This document shows positions 43,801 through 51,157 of a stretch of DNA of 51,157 nucleotides, in pieces. The notes beneath the pieces were generated by a model that did no database searches, was not told the origin of the DNA, and was given only the letters and a program-made list of their open reading frames with translations. Made by a program: the position numbers and the translations under genes. The stretch is from the NCBI GenBank assembly GCA_024181965.1, contig BQXS01000117.1:1-51157 (forward strand), written 5' to 3'. Each line of letters begins with the position of its first letter. The first letter of the stretch is position 1. The stretch is from Aduncisulcus paluster (lineage: Eukaryota).

Positions 43801-44898
43801 ACAAGCTTTTGGGAGAGATTCGAGCAGTGGAGAACCTTGAGGCACGGTAGAATGAGTGTTGCGCTCAAGGGATGTGCTTGGATCTGTCAATTCAAGCCTT
43901 GAGAGGAGGTCCTTCCTTGCAAAATGGAAGAAAAATCTTGTGAGACTCAGCACGGCTATTTTCCGCCTTGTGTTGGTAGAGAGATCAACTGACGAACTCT
44001 CTTCTTCAGAATCCTTGGCCACCTCTTTCATCCATTTGATTGCGTGCGTTAGAATTCCGTTGATTGCCTGAATATCATGCCCACATCCACAGAGACTGCG
44101 TACAGAAGAGCTCATCAAGGAATCCATCTGAGAAGCAAGCACCATCGTCGCATTAGATTTGCCCTGTGAATGTAACACATGGGAGAGAGGGAGAGGAAGA
44201 ATGGCATAATCAGTTATTGGGCCTCTACTATGACGGATAAGGAGGGGAAGATATGATAATCCGGATGTGGACGAATCTCCTTTGATAACGGTAGGATCCT
44301 TCTTGGACGATTCCGTTTCTGATCTAACTTTCTCATGCCTTTTCTTGAACAGTGTAAGAAGTTTGTTTCGATCTTTATCCGCAAGACAACTCTGGTAAGC
44401 ATAAGTATGTGGGTAATTCATAATCATTAGTTGTTTTTCCGCATCTATTCCGATGGGACATGTCAATAAATTGGTTGATAATGGGAGATACGACGCCATG
44501 GAAGTTAATAGACGAGTGGAGGAGGCTTTGACATCTTCAGTAAGATCTGCACCAAATATAATCTTTCCACTCATCAACGCCTTATTACTTGTGTATAAAT
44601 ATCTTGCCAACTTGGAGATCGACAGAGCAGGAATGAAAAAACCATAATATTTAAGAAGAGTAACAATAGGAAGTTCAACAAAGCACAATGATCTCAAATT
44701 GTTTTCTTTTTCTAAGTATATATGAAGACAATCGCATATTTTTGAGGAGATAGTTCTTAAAGAGGTTGATTGACTCTGAGATTTAAATAACTTCTTCAAT
44801 ATATCGGTAATAGCTTTACCGCAGCGGTTAGAAAGCTCTACTTTCTTGTAAGACATAAAACCAAGAAACTTTTTAATTGCTAGAACCTCTTCACTCAT
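40849..44898 (-). CDS. RRP12: RRP12-like ribosome biogenesis HEAT-repeat protein (about 1219 aa after removing gap duplication)
   Basis: Helical solenoid, acidic/basic tail, and C-terminal signature HTGQEFKSKDGAAGDVTREGAFQPYSYIKI (compare GxEYKAKKAxGDVKKxGxxDPYAYIPL). Confidence 0.78.
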   Translation of the reverse strand: MSEEVLAIKKFLGFMSYKKVELSNRCGKAITDILKKLFKSQSQSTSLRTISSKICDCLHIYLEKENNLRSLCFVELPIVTLLKYYGFFIPALSISKLARYLYTSNKALMSGKIIFGADLTEDVKASSTRLLTSMASYLPLSTNLLTCPIGIDAEKQLMIMNYPHTYAYQSCLADKDRNKLLTLFKKRHEKVRSETESSKKDPTVIKGDSSTSGLSYLPLLIRHSRGPITDYAILPLPLSHVLHSQGKSNATMVLASQMDSLMSSSVRSLCGCGHDIQAINGILTHAIKWMKEVAKDSEEESSSVDLSTNTRRKIAVLSLTRFFFHFARKDLLSRLELTDPSTSLERNTHSTVPQGSPLLESLPKACSNVLNDAIKLYLDVSSQENNDSSLLSSLKSLVSVCVSCGIYEVNNQCVITLFSALMKMEMTHKLRINVLGLLSVVLCAAKVTNSDVNKMISYAFTLLFSSRGDTPSQSHDLQDTRRKTLHLLRALIPHCDVKNIAQIRTNLFKQGSLMKDASCTEQRMELLRKILLRTCECLVIKDRYGNKNEESEENEESEEKSRDITREEEDEEEKGEEEEEKKKSVQKDELFGSGSHKKVSVDELKKRAKSQGLFFVNPSLCLKPGSLSLPITFYTAFSDSFLNDMLLGCVSTTPDARKHXXXXXXXXLVIKDRYGNKNEESEENEESEEKSRDITREEEDEEEKGEEEEEKKKSVQKDELFGSGSHKKVSVDELKKRAKSQGLFFVNPSLCLKPGSLSLPITFYTAFSDSFLNDMLLGCVSTTPDARKHAHFAVEHLLEHLLCHSIRAQVKVSNREMASKKEEKDEFALFGDVSGSDDNFSAESAPFHSLFKYLQFIRLTCVAHGPAQMCGMTLLCKMLLLLRVAVSYEPSVRGMYMLTVEEGIKQLHHIVGQIKEKSRDRTSHFPSQHVRLAVSMFKLIVFCMPGSLFASNLSHFISHLLTLLLGSPKHRVDIKHVCMVVLRRVDLVQYTELLTTLDRMIRREEQSNKSNTSDLSDIRALKKILVSCGKGSRSFQQRNHSCSVSQGHDASLTVNKGSSESTEQLLPLSYFTLPPLLNIEGHLYGDRGRSQVKQTERRKKMLKKSAEDQAGKDDVSKLQSKLFSRAVGKRRRSERGLDDQEGTGKEEEEEGEEKKEGEEEDDAEEETDESSDAGRYGVSIVGDQVLVSNDGLEDIPEDESIGRKRRALGAQKYASVVHTVKQSNADQESTIDYLKRKSSERKERKRRARSIHTTHTGQEFKSKDGAAGDVTREGAFQPYSYIKIHSGASKAQVVRELGNVIKKKGQQTGPSTAGVRKMTRTQRLKRRKQREKERTEKGGWVEKKKDSRK
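42530..43289. repeat. Assembly artefact: 370-bp duplication flanking 20-N gap (42900-42919)
   Basis: 42530-42899 = 42920-43289, with 42661 C vs 43051 A; the in-frame offset of 390 inflates RRP12 by 130 aa. Confidence 0.9.
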
Positions 44899-45249
44899 TG
44901 TGGCCGCCCAAATGAGATGAGCGATTTTATAATCTGTAATATTTTGCGAAAAGATATAAATGATTGTAAAATATGATATTATTAAGCATAATTAAAAAAG
45001 TATTAATTTATAAAATATTATGTTTACTATTGTTCCATTCTCGAGAACGAATCTATTGTAATTAATGAAATCAAATATTTCACAAATCAATTCAATCCTT
45101 AAGAGGAAAACACGAACAAGAAAAGTTAAAATATTGCTATAATATTTGATTTTATCCATCATTAATGTGATTAATTGAGTGGAACGACAACGTCAATTCG
45201 TTGTGATTGAAGGATTTCTTTTTTATTCCCTCAAATATTATATTTTATA

Positions 45250-47997
45250 ATGAATGATCAGCCTGGCGATGACGTGGTATTGACAAAGGGCATTTCTAAT
45301 TTGGAATTACCAATAATTGACAGACTGTCAATGACAGTGTCGATCTTTTGCCCTTCTTCAGATGAAATGTTCAAAAAAGTATCGCTAAAAAAACCTCCTC
45401 AACAAGAGGAAGAGTCAATTGATGAATTTGTTCCCCATAGATTCCTTCCATGGCTCGATGATTTTTATGAATACAATCTCGAGGCAAAGAAAGATATAGA
45501 AGGACAAGGAACATTTGGAAAAGTAATCAAAGCTACCGATAAATATTTTTCTGGTCGGAAAGTGGCGTTAAAGTTTTTCACGTATATTGTAAAACGAGAT
45601 CCAGATGCGAAGACATCAGCTTCAGATATTCTTGAAAATAAGGGGGTTCCTAGGACTGTATTAAAGGACATTAATCTTCCTAAATCAGTAAGTCACGGGA
45701 ATATTACTCGGGTAGTTGAATTAACCCTCACTCCAGAAAGAGAAGAGAGGCTTCTGCAGGAAAAGGATGGTTTCTCAAGTGTTTCGTGTCCATCCATGAT
45801 ATCTAATTATTATTCCAATTTTAAATACTTGAAACGGCGACACTTGCACCGGGTTGATGATTTTCTCTCGAAAGATGAATGTCCTGATGCTCCTCCCAAA
45901 AAGTTTCACCATTATGTCCACGAACGTCATCAATATGGTTTAAAGGATGACATTATCCGGAAAGGCCAAGAGTTTTCACATAAAATGCAAGAATATAATC
46001 TCAAACGTGTTCAAATTCAATCCAGAATATCCGAACTCAAAAAGCGAAAAGAAGAATTTCTCTCAAAGAAGAAAAAGTTTCCTGATACCGATAAGCGTGA
46101 TCTCGAACGTGAGGAGCAGAAACTTCGCTTGTTAGCCCATCCCTCTTCTGACATCACCCTCGTCTTTAACAAACGAATTGTCAAGGGTTCTTCATCTTTT
46201 CCGAAGCCATCTTCGCAGCAACCCCATGTAGAACTCTGTCTTGTTAGTGAGTACTGTCAGTGTTCCCTAGCTGGTCTCAAGGCAGGAGGATATCTTACAA
46301 TCCAAAGAAATAGAGACATCCCATTGGAATCAGCACACGAGAAGGAAGGAAAGGAAACCAAGGAAGAATCCAAGGTGAAGGAAGAAGAACTAGAAGACCC
46401 AGAAGAGATACGCCAAGCTATGCGTCAAGCCAAGATAAAGAAAATGCAGAAAGCTTTTAAACACACTTCCATTGCCCTTGTGCAATGTATTCTTAAACAA
46501 ATTGTTCAAGCTCTTCGATATATGCATCTTCGAGGCTTGAGTCATCGTGATTTGAAGCCTCATAACATTCTCATTGATAAGAATGGAGTCGTTAAGTTAT
46601 GTGACCTGGGAATTAGCGCTGTATTATACCCCAAAGGAATGACTGGACTTCGGAACATTGTCAGACGCAGTGGAGGATGTAATTGGGATCGTTCAGTTCC
46701 ATCCAAGACATCCTCTGCGGAATATAAGTTCAGATTTCCAGAATTACTCGAGGAATGTATTCCTTCGGCACGCAAGTCTGAGCTTTCAGAACTTTGGGAA
46801 GCCCTTGGAGTATGGAAGAAAGGACAATTCTCCTCTGAGGCCCCAAAGAAACCTACTCAAGTCCGTCAGCCTAAAGCGGTCCAAAAACCTCGTCCAGAGT
46901 CTATTATTTCCGAACCTATTCCTTCTGCATCACCCTCCAAGCCTCCATCTGTTATCCCCCCTCCTCCATCCACCCCTCCTCCCCAAAAACTAACATACCC
47001 GAAGATTTCATCTCAACCGTCAGAACCAACGTATTTGGACCATCTCTCTCTGATTGGATGCCTTACAGCCATGATCTGTGGTACCTATTACCGACCCCCA
47101 GAGTGCATCATGGGTGTTATTTCCGGCATTCCCGGCATCCAATGTATTGGCGGTGGTGTTTACCCCACGAGCCAACATAAGATCTCAATACCGTGCGAGT
47201 TGATCAGCACCACTGGTGGCCGTGTTGATTATGATCTTAGCAACGATATTTGGTCCCTTGGAATTGTCTTCCTTGACCTTCTGATACAGTCAACTTTTAT
47301 ACCAAGAGCATGCTCTGACGATTGTGGAATGTTATTGTACATCCTCGCCATGTTTGGACATCCAAAACATTCGGACTGGAAACCTGGGGAAATCATGCTC
47401 GAAGCTTGCGCAAAGTCCAAGAAACAGAAGTTTTATATGCCTACTGACGAATTGCTTCCCACAGCCAAACATATCCGTGAGCACAAGAGACTTAGAGATT
47501 TACTGGAGAAGATGTGTGTGTGGGACTTATTCGGGGAAGATAAGAAGAAATTCCATGAAGATCAAGCAAAGTCAGATAGCTCTGGTGCTTCCTCGAGCAA
47601 GACGAAATCCAATATTCATATGTCTGAATCAGATCCATATTTTGTTGATGAGAAAACTTCGAATGATTGTCTCGATCTTTTATTCCGAATGCTCGATTTG
47701 AATCCTCGCAGGCGCCCAACTTGCCAAGAAATTCTTGATCATCCCTTTCTTAGAGATGCCTCTGATGATCCTGAGATAATCAAACAATGCTTGCCAAATG
47801 AGGAGTTATCCTGTCATAAATTCAAGGATATGCCCGCCTGGCAGATGAAATTCCGGTCAAACGCCGAAAAATTCCTAACAAATTTGTATCCACGCGGAAA
47901 GGCCATCTTTAAAGCCAGGAAGGAAATTCTCACTGGAATTGTTCCTGGTCTTCCCGCTGGTCTCGCCGAGAATTTAGCTAAATATAAGACACAGTAA
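45250..47997 (+). CDS. CDK-like (CMGC) Ser/Thr protein kinase with very large insertions
   Basis: GQGTFGKV, KVALK, GVPRTVLKDI, HRDLKPHNILI, VKLCDLG, YYRPPE, DIWSLG and RMLDLNPRRRPTCQEILDHPF, spread over 915 aa. Confidence 0.92.
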   Translation: MNDQPGDDVVLTKGISNLELPIIDRLSMTVSIFCPSSDEMFKKVSLKKPPQQEEESIDEFVPHRFLPWLDDFYEYNLEAKKDIEGQGTFGKVIKATDKYFSGRKVALKFFTYIVKRDPDAKTSASDILENKGVPRTVLKDINLPKSVSHGNITRVVELTLTPEREERLLQEKDGFSSVSCPSMISNYYSNFKYLKRRHLHRVDDFLSKDECPDAPPKKFHHYVHERHQYGLKDDIIRKGQEFSHKMQEYNLKRVQIQSRISELKKRKEEFLSKKKKFPDTDKRDLEREEQKLRLLAHPSSDITLVFNKRIVKGSSSFPKPSSQQPHVELCLVSEYCQCSLAGLKAGGYLTIQRNRDIPLESAHEKEGKETKEESKVKEEELEDPEEIRQAMRQAKIKKMQKAFKHTSIALVQCILKQIVQALRYMHLRGLSHRDLKPHNILIDKNGVVKLCDLGISAVLYPKGMTGLRNIVRRSGGCNWDRSVPSKTSSAEYKFRFPELLEECIPSARKSELSELWEALGVWKKGQFSSEAPKKPTQVRQPKAVQKPRPESIISEPIPSASPSKPPSVIPPPPSTPPPQKLTYPKISSQPSEPTYLDHLSLIGCLTAMICGTYYRPPECIMGVISGIPGIQCIGGGVYPTSQHKISIPCELISTTGGRVDYDLSNDIWSLGIVFLDLLIQSTFIPRACSDDCGMLLYILAMFGHPKHSDWKPGEIMLEACAKSKKQKFYMPTDELLPTAKHIREHKRLRDLLEKMCVWDLFGEDKKKFHEDQAKSDSSGASSSKTKSNIHMSESDPYFVDEKTSNDCLDLLFRMLDLNPRRRPTCQEILDHPFLRDASDDPEIIKQCLPNEELSCHKFKDMPAWQMKFRSNAEKFLTNLYPRGKAIFKARKEILTGIVPGLPAGLAENLAKYKTQ

Positions 47998-48147
47998 TCT
48001 TATACAAGTAAAATAAACGATTGTCATTCACATATTTTTTTTTAAATACTTCACATTTCTCCTTTTCATTTTCATAAACAATATGTGTGTATTTTGTCTT
48101 TTATAAATCTATTATCATTACTATAATATTTACACACACAAAAATGT

Positions 48148-48220
48148 GCTTCTGTAGCTCAGTTGGCAGAGCGGTAGTCTCATAAGCTAAAGGTCGTGAG
48201 TTCAAGCCTCACCAGAAGCA
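48148..48220 (+). tRNA. tRNA-Met(CAT), elongator type
   Basis: Acceptor stem GCTTCTG/CAGAAGC (G1:C72), D arm GCTCAGTTGGCAGAGC, anticodon loop CT-CAT-AA, T loop GTTCAAG, T-run downstream. Confidence 0.95.
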
Positions 48221-49208
48221 GTTTTTCCATTCATGACTTACTCAGGTATGATTCAACTTCGCCAAAATATTTTTGTTGCTATATACAATTCTATTGAAAG
48301 TGATTCCCACCAAAATGTATTGTTGCTGATTTTTACTGAAATATTCAATTCTAAATAGTCGAAATATGATGTTTTATTCTCTTTCTTGGATGAAATTTTT
48401 TATCAATGAGAATTAGAGGATAAAACATGATAAAAGGTATAATTTCATCCCGAAAACATTCTGTGGAGCAAATGGCATGGTTTTATTGATTTGATTCCTC
48501 TCTTTATACACTGTCATTCATAACATCTTCATTGTACAATGTCTTAAGAATATTTTCCCCGATATTCCTCGAGTATCATGATAAAAATGTAGCTTAAACT
48601 CATTGCAACTCGAAGTTCATGGTATTATTCTCTCTACTGTTTGTTATTGTGTCAATGATATCTCTTTGGCTCTCGAACTTTTTGACACGTTATTGTTCTT
48701 TTTATTGACATAAAACTGAACTTAAACGTTTGATATTTGCCAGAACCAGTAGAACCAATCTATATCGCATCTTATATCTTATATCTTGGATGATGATTCG
48801 TGATCTTTCCTATTGCATCCGTTCTTTGGTTCTTTATTTTGCCGAATCCAAGCTTTTCTCTTCTCCTTGAAACATAAAGAAGAGAGAACTAGAACTGTGT
48901 CTATGAAGTCTATTCTTTTTATTCTTGACTTCACCAATCTCCTATCTATAAGTAAAATTCCCCCCTTTTACCCCCATCCGTCACATTTCCAACTTGGAAA
49001 TACTATTTCCGAAACACTGAAGAGTCTTCAAGACTCGGAGGACTCGGACTCGTCCGGATTTGTTGGCTCTTCATCTTTTCCTGGGGATATCAAAGGCTCC
49101 GATCCGGAATTCACGATCTAATGAATAGAGGTGAAAAAAGGAGGAAAATACAACTTGAGGGCCTCAAGCAAAATGCTCATACTATGAGAACTAGTAGTTG
49201 ATTTATTT

Positions 49209-50286
49209 TCACTTTTTTACGTCCTTTTTTTTCTTTCCAGCTGGTTCTTTGCTGGCAGCTTTCTTGGATAATTCTTCAGCCTTCTTTCTGGCCATTTGAT
49301 CGAGTTTGAAGGTGATCAAATTACACATTTTCATGTAGGCCAAGAAAATCTTTCTGAAAATAGTATTTATAGGGCCAAATATCAAAGCTGTATGGCGAGG
49401 GAAGATGATTTTAAACATAAATCTCGCGGCAAGAACGTAATAGTAAATTGTAACAAGAACCATTGGTTTTCCGATCAAGGCTTCTCCACCAAATGGAACA
49501 ACGGTCAAAATGTATGCCAATCCCATCATCCAGGCAGTGTGAGTGATCTGGTAGTGATCAGCGACACAGTTAACATCACACAAACCAGCCGGAGGAGTGA
49601 CACGCTTTCCAATCAAAGATTCCACGTGGCGCATTATGTCTAACCCAGAGGCAATAGCCACAGAACAACCGAGGATCACAATAAGGATAGCAATATGATC
49701 AGAAACGGTACAATCAAGGACATCCTTACCCCAAGCAGCAAAGATAGCTTTGGCAATACGGAGAGGAGTTGAAGCAAGAAGATCGGCTCTCAAAGCAACA
49801 ACAAAAACAAGCATAATGTTGGGAAGTCTCTTAATATTATCTAACATTCTGTACACGACATCACCAGGAAGAAGGTAAATACTCACAAATCCAGCAATGT
49901 GGACTAATACTCCGCGAGGATTGGCAAGGAATGGCAAGCTAGCAGTGGGAAGAATTATGGCAAGAATAAATCCGACGGCATTGCCTTCAAGAGAAATATA
50001 AGTTATATAGAATGGTAGGAAAGAGAAAACTAATGAGAGGAATAAAAAGAATATGGAAATGGATTTGAAAATAATAAGGGAACATACAAAAGAGATATGA
50101 CCAAAATAAACAATAAAGCCAATTTAAGTTCGATTCATGACTCTTACGGAAGTTGTAAACGTAGATAAGAGTTTTTAAGAAGTTGAGAAAGGTTTTGGAA
50201 ATTGTAAGGGGGATATTTAAAATTTCAAACGCATCAGAATCCTCAAACGAGGAAACAACGGATCTAATTGTCTCTGAAATCGACAT
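49209..50286 (-). CDS. TMEM38: TRIC/TMEM38-like trimeric intracellular cation channel; complement(join(49209..49984,50088..50286))
   Basis: A 103-nt GTATGT..AAG intron joins ORFs 49987-50286 and 49209-49937 in frame. IYLLPGDVVYR resembles IFFCPLDLFYK, ASGLDIMRHVESLI resembles GSGVALMSNFEQLL, and the tail is Lys-rich. Confidence 0.68.
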
Positions 50287-50595
50287 AACTTCGACAAAAA
50301 CGGATTCAATCCAAAGAAGTTCTTTATTTTCTTCAGATTTGTCAATCGGTCAAAGGTGATGGTGCTGTTTTGGCCATAAAAATGGATTAAATATGAATAA
50401 AAACATTCTTAAATATTTTTTTGTATTGAATCAATGTAGAAAATGAAAGAACTTTTTTTACGATGAGAATACTTAATTTCAAGTCAAAATAATATAATAA
50501 ATAATTTATTATAATGCATTAATATCGATAATCCAGATTTATTTTTTATTTTAGGCAGTATTTCCGCAACAATCAATTTAAAACTCTTTTTTGAC

Positions 50596-51157
50596 ATGCA
50601 AATTATAAAATTATACAGCTATCCAACATCCTCAACGATACATGGGGCAAAGTTTGTTCCGAAAAGCCCGAGGATCGTCTATTTTGGTTCTTTGTGTCAG
50701 TCGGGAAAAGAGTTTGGATATGTTGGGATATTGAAAATGTCGAACAAAGAACTTATACAAATGGATTTGGTACGTTACTCCATACATAAAATAGTATTTC
50801 AACCGTATTTATAAATTTTTCTTCTTTATTTCTTTACGATATTATGTTTTATATAGATTAAATGTTCTTCTGGCGTTAGATGTGCCACTTTCAAAGGATC
50901 TTTTCTCGAAGATCGTCATCTTGCTACAGGACATTTTGATGGTAGAATCAACACTTGGGATCTTAATTATCCCCAAGATTTGCCAGTATTTTCAGCTAAA
51001 GGACATTCATCTCTTGTATATGCTATCGATGGTGTTGCAGGAAAGAACCCACATTTATATGGTCATCCCGAACTCGTCACAGGTGGTGAAGATGGAAAAG
51101 TTTGTGTATGGGATGTTCGTTTGAGTAGACCAATTGCCACATTAGCAGCTCTCCCCC
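50596..51157 (+). CDS. WDR92: WD repeat protein 92 (DNAAF10/Monad), 3'-partial; join(50596..50769,50857..>51157)
   Basis: 87-nt GTACGT..ATAG intron. Spliced product MQII..AKFVPKSPRIV..VRCATF..RHLATGHFDGRINTWDL..PVFSAKGH..AIDGVAG..PELVTGGEDGKVCVWDVR matches WDR92. Confidence 0.88.

Noticed and set aside
2039..47719. Numerous 60-220 aa ORFs overlapping long genes, antisense or in alternative frames
   Set aside because: Shadows of long coding regions, often mirroring Glu/Ser-rich tracts; no motifs of their own.
1..51157. CRISPR arrays, rRNA, transposase/reverse transcriptase genes, alternative genetic code
   Set aside because: No repeat-spacer array, rRNA motif or mobile-element ORF was seen; TAA, TAG and TGA all end conserved genes.

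Overview
Gene-dense, AT-rich eukaryotic nuclear DNA from a flagellated protist. It uses the standard code and has short intergenic spacers and sparse 75-103 nt GT-AG introns near gene 5' ends. The style and one repeat-protein family suggest a free-living fornicate such as Aduncisulcus; this is inference, not verified. There are about 21 protein genes. Recognisable ones are an OYE-type NADH:flavin oxidoreductase, beta-COP, a UMP-CMP/adenylate kinase, CCDC146, a degenerate Rab-like GTPase, probable DNAAF9 and HPS3, a Na+/H+ exchanger, RFC4, GINS Psf2, a MYST acetyltransferase, a large WD40 protein, RRP12, a CDK-like kinase, TRIC/TMEM38 and WDR92. There are also two tRNAs (Leu-TAA, Met-CAT). Seven 20-N scaffold gaps each have 194-370 bp duplicated flanks; these are assembly artefacts that split or inflate several ORFs. 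No CRISPR, rRNA or intact transposon was seen. The best unexplained signals are two intergenic regions with apparent RNA/DNA structure (about 15.3-15.5 kb and 40.4-40.8 kb), the second with an unusual covarying triple-palindrome tandem. I cannot demonstrate a new multi-gene system from sequence alone.
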